Source: Octopus vulgaris (Eukaryota). From it: a DNA stretch of 64,000 nucleotides. Where the stretch lies: contig OX597821.1 in assembly GCA_951406725.2 (NCBI GenBank), positions 52,328,001-52,392,000 of the forward strand, in the 5' to 3' direction. Every line of letters begins with the position of its first letter. The first letter of the stretch is position 1. The notes under the pieces are model-generated. The model was not told the DNA's origin and ran no database searches. It saw only the letters and a program-made list of their open reading frames with translations. Positions 1 to 13,679 of this stretch are shown here, piece by piece. The translations under genes and the position numbers were made by a program.

Positions 1-729
1 AGCCTGAGACGGCAATCAAGGACATATCGGCTAACAGTAGACTATAGTTTTCTTGTTGAAATGCAATAAACCAGTAAATGGATGAGTGCTTTTATTAATT
101 CTCTATCGGGGTTACTTGTGTTACTATTTATTCCCAGCTTAATTCAGATCCAGTCGACCCGTTATCTGAGTCTTTCCAGCCAAGACCAATCGGTGTTTAT
201 TCAAGCATATAACTACAACTACATTATTCAATGTGATCATAAAAAGATGTGATTTGATCGAGATTGTTTTTAATGTCTAGCTAATGGATGGAATAATTGC
301 TAATATTAAACATAAATTATGAAATAATAATGAGTCACTGGCATCTCAGCTTCGAGTAGCACAAAATATTTACAGCATTAACTATGTGAATTACTTGTCC
401 TATAGAGTTAATACAAAACCATCGTGCTTTTACTTTTTCTTATATACCTTGGCACTTTCTCGGTTTGGAAGGGAGATCTAGTATTTAACTGTTGATGGGT
501 TTGATATCCTCTCGTCTTAGAAATTTGAGCCTAATGGATTTACCAAATGACAGATGAAATACGTCAATAATAAAAAAAATCGAAAATAACTGGAGTATTA
601 TAGCTTGAAGAGGTATTTAATACTAAGTAGTTTAAGTAGTTTACAATGAAACACTAAGGAATAAAGTTTAAAGTATGCTTAGGATGTAAAATTGTTTTAG
701 AGTGGAAGTTATGAGGTTATAACCTTTGG

Positions 730-781
<52 letters not shown>

Positions 782-805
782 AAAGTTATATACAAATATA
801 TATAG

Positions 806-857
<52 letters not shown>

Positions 858-924
858 AATGGGGTGATCATAATCAAAATAAGCAACAAGGATATCCAAG
901 GTAGTGTAGTACAATTGTTTCATG

Positions 925-1008
925 TAGATAATTTTCCATAGGATTCCAATAAATTTTAGTATCTTATATAAGGATAGAAAATATCGAAATCATTTCATAT
1001 TTATATAA

Positions 1009-1052
<44 letters not shown>

Positions 1053-1859
1053 ATTTCTATTAATATAGAATCATAGTTAGTTAGTAAATAGTGATTTAAT
1101 TTATTAATGAGTTAAATTAAAAGAATATGCTAGACATGATATTTACTAACTGTAAACACTGTAAGTATTACATCAGTTTTAAAATGTCGAGCAATCTTCA
1201 CCCACATATAGAATTTTTTAATTAAACGGACAATGCACATTCTTATACTTATTTCATTTGCCAACATTACAAAGAAGGTAGATATATAGACAGTGAGGTT
1301 AATTTCATCATTAAGAACATGGTGGTAGTATGTTCTTCTCCATCTGTAGATGTTTTTTTATCACTGAGTTCACTTTGTTATTTAGATCAATCATTGGGGA
1401 TGGGGTTTCTATTCTTGGTTCAATGGAGACAAACAAGAATTTTTTTCTATTTATAGATAGAGGAAGGGGTAGTACAAATGTCAAACCCATAAATCCATCC
1501 TCATTTTGGGGAATTTTGCTTAAACAAAAGCTAGTAGGCTGACGTTAGCGGGGTAGGGAGAATAGAGACTAATAATGCTTTAGAGGTTTTCAATGTCCCT
1601 TACCATTTAACAGCCAAAATTCCTGTATTGTGAATTTTAAATAAATATCCTTTAGATAATTTTCCATAGGATTCCAATAAATTTTAGTATCTTATATAAG
1701 GATAGAAAATATCGAAATCATTTCATATTTATATAAATATATATATATATATATATCCATTTCTATTAATATAGAATCATAGTTAGTTAGTAAATAGTGA
1801 TTTAATTTATTAATGAGTTAAATTAAAAGAATATGCTAGACATGATATTTACTAACTGT
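925..1859 (+). repeat. About 210-230 bp direct repeat (925-1153 and 1653-1859)
   Basis: tagataattttccataggattcc...catgatatttactaactgt occurs twice, differing mainly in internal (TA)n length. Confidence 0.95.
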
Positions 1860-2137
1860 GAAAAAAAAAACTTATCAATTTAGCACATATATCAGGAGTA
1901 AATAAGATATATTAAAAAGTAATGGAAGGGAGGTAATGAAGATGAACCAAATAATTTCCCTAGATATATAGAAGTTTTTGCAATCCCATATAGGAGGGTA
2001 TCAAAAAATTCTAATTTCACTGTATTCAAATTTATTTATATAATAAAATTTCTTAGTAATCTATGCAGGTTAAATAAAAGCTAGTATGGTATATCATGTT
2101 TCCATCTATTTTAATTTAATTAAATTCTATGTCTTTG

Positions 2138-2223
2138 TGCAGCTGAGGATTGCTCTGTATTTAAATTGATGTAATGATTGCATTGTTCAATTACAAGGAG
2201 TTGCGTGAAACGATCGTACTGCA
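2138..2223 (+). ncRNA. Type I hammerhead ribozyme motif (long stem II)
   Basis: TGCAG-CTGAGGA-[57 nt]-GAAA-CGATCG-TA-CTGCA: stem I TGCAG/CTGCA, palindromic stem III, GUA cleavage triplet. Confidence 0.8.
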
Positions 2224-2447
2224 TTACCGCTAGATATATTTGTTGCATATTTTGATACTATATAATTATATAAGCAACAGCACTGGGCAGTTATGATGTT
2301 TTTACACAACTTAACGCGAGAGAGTTTTTTTTAAACGGTGACTGCAGTGAACTTGCCTTTAGCAGTTGAAATATATCATAAACACTTTTAAAGTAATCTA
2401 GAGTTGGTTTATTCTTAAACACACTTTGACGCTAAATATATAACTGC

Positions 2448-2530
<83 letters not shown>

Positions 2531-3119
2531 ATCTATATTTATTTATAACAGCATGTGTATGTTTATCTATGAGATATTTCACACCGCTAAGTTGTGACTT
2601 TTTTCATGTTCCTTATCAATCTCAGAGAGAGAAAAGAAAAAAAAAGAAATATATTTATTTTTAAAAGATAGCATACTTCCAGGCATTATGATGTAAAGAC
2701 AACAGTTACGTTGGCTTTCATATAAATAATTGAAGAAATACAGCTAGAGATTTGTGTGTTTTGCAATATGCGGAGGATGGTTGGAAGAAGCCGCTTAATC
2801 ATTTATTGCTGCGAATATGATATTTACTTCTGTACCTAAACCTGCATCTGATCATATTTCCTGTGTATGTTCATTATTTGGGAAAAGAAATAACGAAAAC
2901 AGTGAAAAAAAAAATCAGATATCAGAATTTCTCAAAAGTTTTCTTTTTTAGTTTAATGTTTAATGGAAAACTTAGAAAATGCTAGTAACGTTATAGTTGG
3001 AATTGGTTCTTATCCATCCATCCATCTATACATACACATGCACAAATAAATGCTTATATATGTTTATATATATTTATACGTGTATGGTCATGTATATATA
3101 TATATATGTATATACATGA

Positions 3120-3340
3120 CCACTGTCCGAAGTCAGGACGCCATGATAGATCGTTAGCTCTTAGGCGCATTTTTTTCTCTCCTTGTTTTTTTCTGTGTAT
3201 CTTCCTGTCGAAGAGCGTAGTCTGATAACGTAAAAGACTTTTTCTATTTCTATTCCTGAGCGCTATACTAATACATTTGTTTGTTTGTACTCCACCTGCC
3301 TTCGTCTTTTGTTTATTTTCGTAAACTTTCCCGTTATACA
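3120..3340 (+). mobile_element. Short dispersed repeat with decayed hammerhead-like motif (second copy at about 62286-62390)
   Basis: cgccatgatagatcg(t/c)tagc...ttttctctccttgttt...gaagagcgtag is shared with 62286-62390; core motifs are degenerate. Confidence 0.5.
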
Positions 3341-3460
3341 TGACCATACATATCTATAGTATATATTCAATTATATATGTATGTATATACATGTTTATAC
3401 ACATACGCATATATATATATTAGTATGTATGAATATCATAAATACATACATACATAATAC

Positions 3461-3511
<51 letters not shown>

Positions 3512-3519
<8 letters not shown>

Positions 3520-4300
3520 TATAAAATAAAAAAATGGAGGAGAACAATAGTTGGTTCATCAACATTAAAAATGTTAACGTATTTATTTATCAAACTGATA
3601 ATTATAGTAGCATACATATAGCATACTATTCTTTGCATATAAGATAAGGATACCAGTAATTACTAAAACACATGAATATAAATTGGTAAAATAACTTACA
3701 GCTGTTTCAGCCTATAGATAAAAGTTTCTTATTCTGCCTATATTACTCAAGTGGATTGAGGTAATAGGCAGATGAAAATGAGGTACTTGCATATATCTCT
3801 ATGCTTCGTCAGAGATTATAAAGTACAAAAATTAAGTTATAATAATAAAAAATATAAATATAAATATAAAACCCACATCTACATCCATAAGCACATATAA
3901 TATTCAGTTATTACTAAGATTATTATTATTAATATTAGATTAGATGTATTCTGCTATTCACAATAGATAGTATATAAAATATAAAATATATAATATAATA
4001 TAATATATAAACAGATGTTTATGAAAGATATGAGGATATTTATTTTACAAATAAATAAGTTAACATTTTTAATGACTTAAAGTTGATGAACCACCTATTG
4101 TTCTCCTCCATTTTCTTATTTGCAATATAAATTAATGGTAAATATCTCTTTACCTTCACCCATTTAATACACTAGGTAATGTAATTCCAATACAATAAAA
4201 AACAATTCTGTATTAATAATTGGGTATTCTACCAACAGTATATTGGATAGATATTATCCCTTGGTGGGTTGGATTCACAACCCCTAACTTTCTTGGAGTT
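3512..4300 (-). mobile_element. PLE-derived fragment between (TA)n tracts with fold-back end
   Basis: Inverted repeat 3524-3590 / 4049-4121 brackets a hammerhead motif. Confidence 0.6.
3691..3819 (-). ncRNA. Type I hammerhead ribozyme motif (97-nt stem II region)
   Basis: Minus strand: ATAATCT-CTGACGA-AGC...GCT-GAAA-CAGCTG-TA-AGTTAT; internal hairpin CTGCCTATTA..CTCAA-TCCAC-TTGAG-TAATATAGGCAG. Confidence 0.78.
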
Positions 4301-4777
4301 ATATATATATCTATATATATATATTGTATATAAATAAAAGAGGCAGGCAACAGGTTGCTTAGCCACATACCGAAAAAATTAGAGACTGTTTATTTCTATT
4401 TTCTACAAATGAGACTCCACATACAACATATCCCTGTAATTCACAGAAATCTACCAGTAAATAATTGTTGTTTTTTTAAAAACCATTAAACATATTATTT
4501 AATCTTATTATATTACTATAAATAATATTGTATAGCATATATAATGTATGCTTACATATACACTTCACACACACACGTACATGCATATACACATACAAAC
4601 ACACAGATGTACAAATGCGCGCATGTGTGTGTGAGTGTGCGTGTATGTGTGTAAATATATAATAATGTGACTTGAAATCAAAACAAACACAGGCATTATA
4701 CACCCCATCCTACTGGCACACAGCATTCACGCGCATAATTATCATTGATATATTAAGTACAATCTGTTAGACTTTAC

Positions 4778-4861
4778 CTTGTAATAACCGGTGCGTGTGA
4801 AGACTTGGTGAGTATCTAATGCCAATGTATCGACCGAAGGTGCACTTGTCATTGATTGACG
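4778..4861 (-). CDS. Receptor guanylyl cyclase, kinase-homology domain exon
   Basis: ctatttcag|CGT...TAC AAG|gtaaag; 84 nt, phase 0-0; RQSMTSAPSVDTLALDTHQVFTRTGYYK resembles NPR-A '[25 protein letters not shown]'. Confidence 0.92.
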
Positions 4862-4984
4862 CTGAAATAGAGAAATTAGAAAAAAGAAATATTATGTTGA
4901 GTTGAAATAAAGGGGTATAGTATTTAACATACTGAAATTCGAAGCAGTGGATTCGTATTTACTCCGAAATGTCAATTTATAAAC

Positions 4985-5315
4985 AATCCTTTTTATTAAA
5001 GGCACAAGGCCTGAAATTTTGGGGGAGGAGCCAAGTGAATTACATCAAACCCAGTGTTTCACTGGTACTTAATTTATCAACCCAGAAAGGATGAAAGGCA
5101 AAGTCGATCTTGGCGGAATATGAACTCAGAACGTAAAGACGGACGAAATGCCGCTAAGCATTTTGTCTGGCATGCTAACGATTCTGCTATCTCACCACCT
5201 TAATAATCCTTTCTACTATAAGTACAGGACCTGAAAGTTTTGGGGGAGGGGACTAGTCAATAACATCGACCCCAGTGTTTTGCTGGTACTTAATTTATCG
5301 AATCTAGCTCACCGC
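4985..5315 (-). mobile_element. SINE family A (octopus-type), one near-full copy plus an adjacent partial copy
   Basis: ggcaaagtcgatcttggcggaatatgaactcagaacgtaaagacggacgaaatgccgctaagc is shared with copies at 10755, 29092 and 41279. Confidence 0.85.
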
Positions 5316-5599
5316 GTTTCAATTTACATATAATACAAAACACGAAACAATACAAAAGAAAAAGTGAACCGCATTTTCGAAATCTATTGTTATATTTTAG
5401 GAAATATTGTTCTTGTTATATAGACTCAAATTTAATTATAATGAAAAGCGCTGAAGTCATGACCATTCTGACTTCTTAGGGCGTAATCTAAGACAAAATT
5501 TTCTACGGTTTCATTATTATATCAAGTGAGAAGTGTGTTTGAATTGATAGTGATTTGGCTGCTGTTTCTCTCAGAACAACCAACCACATAAAACCTGTT

Positions 5600-5740
5600 T
5601 GCTATGGTGTATAAAGTCACCAGATTGCTCTCCAACCACCTGATTCCCGATTCATTCCCACTGCGTGGCACCTTCTTCTATAACCTCGGAGCTGGTGAGT
5701 AGATTTGGTTGACGGAAACTGAGAGAAACCCGTCGTATAT
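5600..5740 (+). mobile_element. SINE family B, partial 5' copy
   Basis: cccactgcgtggcacc...gacggaaactgagagaaacccgtcgtatat resembles the 9244 copy. Confidence 0.7.
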
Positions 5741-7459
5741 ACGTTCCTTCAGACAAATTTCTTCACAAAGGTGTCTTGGGAAATAGTGTATGAACGCAGA
5801 CAGACTCAACGAGATAAGCAATAAAGGATGGATTCTATACAGAGCTACATGACGTGCTACAAAAAGCAGTTACATATTCAACTCTAATAAAAACGTAAAG
5901 TTACATTAGATAGGGTAGCCCTATATGTATTTTATTTAAAAAGAAAGAAAAAAAAACTGCATAGGACTTGACTCAAATGTCTAAAGTAAGCATTTACGGA
6001 TCGATAAAATATACGCTAGAAGGAAATTCGTGCTAGAATCAATTCGATTGACTTTGAAGGTAATGATCCAGCTTGGCTGCAGTGCAATTTTCGGGAAGAG
6101 TAAATGACTAACTCTGATGTGGTCTTCTAACTTCACTAGGTACGAGAAAAATTTCAAATTAACAAAAGAACATTCAATGTATGGTCAAATCTTTGCAGTG
6201 GCAATCTATTATTCTTGGATTCATTGAAAGCAGGGAAGAGTGAAAGATAGAATACTTTTGGTGATAAACAGGGCGGCGGTGTGGCTAAGAAACAGCAATA
6301 GTTGTAATAACAACAAGGATATCGGCATTAATAACAATAATAAAGCAACGCAGCACTAACATCAACCACAATAACATTTTCAACAGACATAATACAAAAA
6401 TAACAACAATAATAAGGAAACAATAACTGCAGCAAAAATAATTATGAGTTCACTTCGCAAATAATGCGCGGTTTGTTCCATAAAGAAAACTCGCAAACAA
6501 TACAATTCTCCCTGCGTTACACTTACATTATACATTTTTAGTCAGGTTTTCTTTTACATTTATTCACTAGAGTCCAGAAAAATATTGCTTTGGAACCATC
6601 TTGAAATCTATTAAAAGAGACATTCCAGGAATTGTATTTTCTAACATTTATTCAGATTACTCAATAAGGGACACGTATCTTATGTATCCCTATTTTTGTT
6701 GTTTTTCAGAATGGATTAGTCTCCCAGCAGGTGGCTATAATTTCTATAGCCCGTCAGAAGATAATTATCTACCTCTAACAGAAGCTATAAATCGAAGAGG
6801 AATGAAATAGAGGTTCCTGAAGCTTTCACTCTTATGAATTGTTCACATAACACAATGAATGTTTCTGTGGTGTGAATTGATGGGCTTCTCCAATAAATAA
6901 ATAAATAAATTCAAAATCAGTTTCGATGGAAAAGAAAATAGCTTTCAAAAGTTACTGATCCCTCACACTCAAGCCTGATTTAACTTTGTCATCGAGATCA
7001 ACATTAAACAATATAATTGCATAATCAGGTGCTGGCCGTATGGAACATGAGTCAACTACGGATTTACTGTGCATTTTTTCTCAGTCATTACGATAATGTT
7101 GTGAATAGTCGTGTTCATTATTATACATCAAGTTGATTACTCTCCAGTCACGAATCGGATAAGATGTGTTCGCCGAATATGTCTGACAGTATCAAAACAT
7201 GTCTCTTGCTGTCGCCTTTATTTGTCAATATCAGACTAAATTAGTATTAATCTTTGAGCCAATGATTTATCCCCGTATCACATAACTATAATTAACTATT
7301 AATCTTTAAATCTTGAACTATGACGTATTCTAATTAAAAACATCACTATAGACAGGGTGTCTGAGTTGTTAAATTTATGACGGAAATAAAGTCAATATAC
7401 TTCGTGTAAACTTGAAATACGGGTACAATTGAATACTTTTTAGAGCCAAAATTATGTTT

Positions 7460-7567
7460 AACTAGCAGTATCGCCCGGCGTTGCTCAGGTTTGTAAGGGA
7501 AATAACTATAAAGCATTTTTAGACACACAGAAACACGCACAGACAAACTGCCGTTTATATATAGAGA
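7460..7567 (+). mobile_element. Short non-autonomous helitron-like element
   Basis: Starts aactagcagtatcgcccggcgttgctc and ends cacagacaaactgccgtttatatatag, a layout typical of small invertebrate helitron-like elements. Confidence 0.5.
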
Positions 7568-7959
7568 ATAATTTATACATATTCTAATTTCCACAAATTC
7601 ATCACACCCTAAAGAAGGCCAACTAGCAAATTTTGAAAAGAGCCGTGGATATGCATGCCCCCCCCCCCCCCATGCCTGCTTCAGTTTTGCACTTTTGTTG
7701 CATTTAGGACAAACAAAATACTCGTCCTTACTGTTAGCATTAATCTGGTCTTTGTGAAATCAAATGACTTTTCAGACCCGCTAGACATCCATATACTTTG
7801 TCATACAATTGACGCAAAATGCTTGTAGATTGCTCAAGAGGGGTCTGTGCATAATCAGCCTGCAATTATTCGCCGTCATAAAATCCCATATGAATAACAA
7901 CTGCAGTTGTTAGAAACATGTTCGGGTTGAAAAGTGTTTTAGATTGAGGTCAAGTCTTG

Positions 7960-8640
7960 TTTATGAAGTGCTCAATTCTACGTGTTTCAATTACTTTATA
8001 ACCTTCGTGGATCTCTTCCTTCCAAACCGATTGACATCCCGTCATCTGTTTCCGGTCTTCAACATCCACACTAATAGTCGGAATGTAGTTTCTGAAGGGC
8101 ATCCCAAAACTATTTTTAGGGGTTAGTCTCGGACGTTTACCATGTTACAACTACTTAGGTAACCTACCATCCTCTGATTGCATATGAGGAATATCTCAAT
8201 AGTGATATGTTGGTATCTAGTGCTAGGAATATCTGAATAGTAATATATTTGTGTGTAGTGTTAGAGATTGCCATTTGATGTTCAGGATCCTTCATGGAAT
8301 CTTTCCAAGTCTTTGAAGCAGTGACGATTCGTAATCCAATTCTCTGAAGAATATGAAAGGACGATTCACAGACGTTGAACTTTGATTTGATGCTGATGCA
8401 TCTGTCAGACTATACACGATTTTCAAGATTTCCGAAAGCTAGCGAAAATACTGCCAAAGATATACGAAAGAGTCGACCACATCCAAAACTGAACCCTGGA
8501 GGAAGGTGTTTGGTTCGACATTGGAGTTAGAATGAACATGGCCTTTGTTTTCTTCAGATTGATGATAACTCCAAAGTCAATATATGCTCTACAGGAGAGA
8601 TCCGTCATAACCGTCCCATTTCCTTCTTTGTGATCTACGA
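7960..8640 (-). mobile_element. Degenerate RTE-clade LINE reverse transcriptase fragment
   Basis: ORF 8423-8608 'FGVIINLKKTKAM' resembles RTE 'FGL.IN.KKT.VM'; the rest is decayed. Confidence 0.6.
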
Positions 8641-9243
8641 TTCTGTATTCTCAGCGTAAAAAAACGCCCACGAACAAGGAGCTCACATGAGTTTCTTCGC
8701 CCTTCGACGGATTTTGGATTTCATCCTGCAGAATGACCAAACACACTCTGCTCACCAAATAAGTTCGGAGAGATTTAGTCACCGACAGCTAGACTATTTG
8801 ACAGGTTGTTCTGGGTTACATGTTACCAATTGCATTTGAAAATGATATAAAACGCGCACGTGCGCGGGTACACACTTGCACGCTCGCGCAGATACACGCG
8901 CGCACTCACACATACATTTGGAAAGAAATGAGACGGAGTGATTCAGCAACCTTAAGTTCGTAGATGAAAGGCGAAAAGTCTAACAATTAGAAATCCTGAA
9001 CTTTTTCTCAGAATGAACACAAAAAAAGTTTGATCGCCTAAGCACTTTGCAAGAAATTACAAACGAAGACCAACGTATAAAAACGTTGAATTCTCCCATC
9101 TTCACTCAAATTTTTTCTTGTTAGTAAGTCCAGAGATTGGGGAAGCTGTGATGTACATCACGTCTATTGGCCCGACTATTCCAAGAGGTGGAAAGAAAAA
9201 AAAGAAAAGCCCAAATACTTGACTGAAATTTTATTTATCGATC

Positions 9244-9405
9244 GCAGGAGTGGTTGTGTGGTAAGTAGCTTGCTTACCAACCACATGGTTCCAGGTTCTG
9301 TCCCACTGCATAGCACCTTGGGCAAGTGTCTTCTACTATAGCCTCGGGTCGACCAAAGCCTTGTGAGTGGATTTGGTAGACGGAAACTGAAGGAAGCCCG
9401 TCGTA

Positions 9406-9460
<55 letters not shown>

Positions 9461-9633
9461 CTTGACAATCGATGCTGGTATGTTTACGTCCCCGTAACTT
9501 AGCAGTTCGGCAAAAGAGAACGATAGAATAAGTACCCGGCTGACAAAGAATAAGTCCTGGGGTCGATTTTCTCGACTAAAGGCGGTGCTCAAGCATGGTC
9601 GCAGTCAAATGACTGAAACACGTAAAAGAGTAA
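9244..9633 (+). mobile_element. SINE family B (tRNA-derived, octopus OR-type-like), full length
   Basis: tRNA-like head ggagtggttgtgtggtaagtagcttgc...ggttctgtcccactgc, internal (TA)n, 3' end ...gcagtcaaatgactgaaaca; close to the 51875-52282 copy. Confidence 0.9.
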
Positions 9634-9907
9634 AGATCCTGAATAGTTGACAAAACCGATGAAGGTGGTATCTGAAATCAGAGTTCAAAAGATCGGAACA
9701 AATGCAAGAAATCTTATCCGGTACTCCGACTCTTCAACCAAGACATCATAATGACAGTTTACCAAACTGATTGGCAGGCCTTTACAAAAACATTTAACTT
9801 AGTTTTGTCTAACAGCGGAGACGCCCACTCACCTATATATTTTCTTCTATATTTTCAGGAGACATATAACTATAAGCTTGATTATACCGCATCTCCTAAA
9901 TTCTCCA

Positions 9908-9980
<73 letters not shown>

Positions 9981-10754
9981 ACACAAACATCACTGAGCTA
10001 TCACCATCATGTAATCTTTTTTTCTTAGCTATAACCATTTGAAACATTTCGCTGCATTTGATTTTCCTACTTATAGTAATTCGCGTCAGTGAAAACTAAA
10101 TATCCCAACCTTGCTCCTTGTAAGCTAGCAGGGTATGGAAACTGCAAATACCTACCGCAAATTCACGTCGAAAATAGGTAAACTAACCTATATAGAAAGT
10201 AATAACTAAAGAGCATTAGCCACGAACTATTGACAACAACAAGTAACTATTAGTAAGTCGTGTATTAAGATGTTAAGAAGGATAGCATGTGATGTTTTAA
10301 TTAAGATCTCAGTAATGAGCAAAATATTAAAATATCACATAAAACATTGGCGTGTTATCTATAATCACAGAATCTAATTAACACATGCGATAAAATTCTA
10401 GAAAATTCTTCGACAAAACACTTATTATATGCAAAATATTTTATTAGCTGTAAAAGCAAATAAAAACTCAACAGCTAGCGCTAGGTTATGACCAGTTTTA
10501 TTAATAACTCGTATGGAGAGCTAAAACCTCGTATGTTCATATGAAATTTATAAATGTCACCATTTCAAGAGGCCTCAGTTTATAGTTAATAAAAACGGCC
10601 AAAGTGTAATAAACATGTATTTATATATGCAACGAAGATTTGTACTTTACAAATGTTTATTGCAGACAGTTTGGCGGTTAATTACCTGTTAGTACAATAC
10701 GAGTTTTAAGTTTAGTTTATTTTCTTTCTCAATCGTGTTGTTAGAGTGTTAATA

Positions 10755-10980
10755 CTGGTTTCAAAGTTTGACACAAGACGGGCAGGTTTGTGGGGAGGGG
10801 CTAAATCGATAAAAGTGACCACAGTTTTCAACTGATACTTATTTTATCCATCTCTGGAAATTAAAAGGCAAAGACAACCTCAGCGGAATTTGAAAGGATC
10901 TCACTCAGAATGTAAAGACGGACGAAATCACTCTAAGCACTTCGCCCGGCGTGCTAACGATTCTGGCAACTCAGCGCCTT
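10755..10980 (-). mobile_element. SINE family A with probable target-site duplication
   Basis: Family A body flanked by ttagagtgttaata / ttagagagttaata. Confidence 0.8.
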
Positions 10981-11196
10981 TTAGAGAGTTAATATTAAAA
11001 ATATTTTGTAGCATTTAGTTACGGCTCTTCTTGTTCTGAATTCAAATTACATCGATATCAACTTTGCCTTTTATTCTTCCTGTACCGATGACATAAATTC
11101 CGCTAAATTTGCGGCCATGTCTCTATACCAGAAGTCAACATTTGTATCGATGTCGGAATTCTATAAATCATAGAATGGAAATCTTTCACTATTTAG

Positions 11197-11262
<66 letters not shown>

Positions 11263-12546
11263 ACACACACACACACGCAATTGCACATGAACCATTACAG
11301 TAGCAGGGTCTTGGCATCACCATCTACTATTCTTTCTCTAATGGTTTTTCTCGTGTTCCTTCAGTTTCGTACACACATGATGGAGCAGCAGTTATACATA
11401 GATTCCTTAAGTTAGTGTAAGATCTGCATGCAATAATTATTTCTCTAGCACTGGGTGAGTATTTAAATTTATTGATCCTAAAAAGATTAAAAGTAGGAAT
11501 AGCTTCAACAGGATTTGTTTTCTGCGCACCAAGAATAAACATGAATATTGTATGACACTTATTTTTCGTACTTGTAAACCAATAAAAAATAATGCCCCAG
11601 TGACGCATAGGATCGGTTAAAATAGTCTTGATTTCTGAAAATACAGCTGAACTAGCTTCACTGAAAGGAAAAGCAAAATATATATCATGGAACGGTTAAC
11701 GTTATTCTTAATGTAGTCTTCGGTAGTTTATACTTTTCTTTACAATACGACTTAAAAATAATATTTCTTCTTTTGCGAACTTTCAGCATTAGAGATTATT
11801 TTAGAGTAGGAAGTAGTAAACAATTGCCATTTGTTTTTGACTTGAATCATAATTTCTTGATGGACATAAAGCTGCTCATGAATACACCCTAAACTCTGTC
11901 TCCTATAAACCTGTTCTCTTCCCTGCACACTTCCCCTCTAATATAGTGACCGAATTACTTGAAACTGGTTGAACTCGACTCTGTCCATTCAGACTCTTCA
12001 CACTCGTCTCCCTCTCCCGAATCCCGTTTCCTCCATCGTCTACATCTATCATTAACCTCCTCATATTATCTCCCTTTTCCGCTCTATCTCTGTCCATGAT
12101 ATTTTTATTGCAGCTGCAGGAAACTTACGAATTCAATTATTTACTTCAAAACAGAAGAAGAATCCCAGTACATGCACTCAAAAAGTTACAATAATAATAA
12201 TAAATGGCACACTAACTATACAACTATCTACATGTTTCAGTAATTTAAAAACATGTTATCACCATGTATTGTTTACTTCTATTAAAGCACGAAAAACTAT
12301 TGGACACTGCTAAAAGAGATTCAAATGTTTCTACATTTGCTGTTCCATGCTGCTATGTCATCTCTCCATGATCGATGGAAGAGGGAAAGAGAAGGGAGGT
12401 GTAAGAAAGATCGAGAAAAAGAAGGAAAGTGTAAGAAAGAGAGAGAAAGAGTAGAAACGGAAGAGGAAAAAAGATAGAGAGATAACGGGAGGGAGTAATT
12501 CAGATTGCTTTGTCAAATATTGCAAATATAGAGAGGAAGCCAATGA

Positions 12547-12588
<42 letters not shown>

Positions 12589-13067
12589 AAGAAGGAGAGA
12601 GCGAGTGAGGGAAACAGAAAGAGCGTGTGTGTGCATGTGCATGTGTGTGTGTGTGTGTGTGCGAGAGAGAGGGAGAGAGAGAGAAAGAGAGCGGTTGCAG
12701 CTTGCTATGAAACCTTATAGATATTTAGTGTCAGATGAAATGAAGCACTTTTCTGATGATGAACATAACTATCTACATTTACTGCTATTCTCAAATGTAA
12801 GATAGTATTAGTTTGCGAAATGAGCGAGGTCCCCCCCGATGATTATAAATGAGATACAGTTGAAGGTGACGAAGAAGTATATTTATTATCGTCCTCAGAA
12901 TATCTTTGACATGCAGCAACTCACAATGATAGGCTTGCAAATCTCCCAGTTAGCTTTCGTTACTCTGTGAACTTTTGTTGACAGGAAGTATGTAAAATAG
13001 CGCGGACAGCAACAGATAAAATATTTGCCATCTCCCCTGGTTACAGAAAATACTGTGGACTCTATCT

Positions 13068-13445
13068 TTTATCGTTTACTTGCTTTAGTCATTGGACTGC
13101 AGCCATGCTAGGGCGTCCTTTTGAAGGATTCAGTCAAACAAGCTAACCTCGGTGCGTATACTTTTCCTCATACTTATTCTATCGATCTATAGTGCTGAAA
13201 TGCTAAATTATAGGGATGTAAACAAACAAAGGAAAACACAAAGAGACATACACACATCCACTTGATACCTTCCCCGTGAAACATATATGTGACGGCTTCT
13301 TTCAGTTTCCGTCAATCGAATTCTACTGACAAAGGTTTGGCCGGCACGAAGCTATAGCAGAAGTCACTTGCCCAAGCCGTCACACTGTGGAAATGAACCC
13401 GGAACTATGCAAATGGGTAGCAAACTTCTTATCATATTGCAGCCC
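13068..13445 (-). mobile_element. SINE family B, diverged
   Basis: Reverse-complement similarity to 9244-9633 over its full length. Confidence 0.75.
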
Positions 13446-13627
13446 TTGTGAAACAGTAACTAAAATATAGTGGACAACGAAAGTCTATATACTATTTCGT
13501 GGTTAGATTTCATACTAACAAATAATGTCTGAAAATAAAATGGCCAAACAAACATGGGTTAAATATTTGGTCATATTACAAATGTCGTATAACTGATGTA
13601 CAAAATTGCCACAACATTACATAATTT

Positions 13628-13679
<52 letters not shown>

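Larger units (their letters stand above)
857..2265. mobile_element. Penelope-like element remnant with internal direct repeat, inverted end and hammerhead
   Basis: Starts at a (TA)n tract. 883-921 is an inverted, diverged copy of about 2206-2249. Direct repeat 925-1153/1653-1859. Hammerhead at 2138-2223. Possible decayed GIY-YIG 'YK...C...YVGE..RHFK' on the minus strand near 1175-1240 (weak). Confidence 0.6.

Noticed and set aside
1-4777. Next kinase-homology exon (expected G..VA.K...)
   Set aside because: No matching frame with splice sites found; probably lies beyond the window
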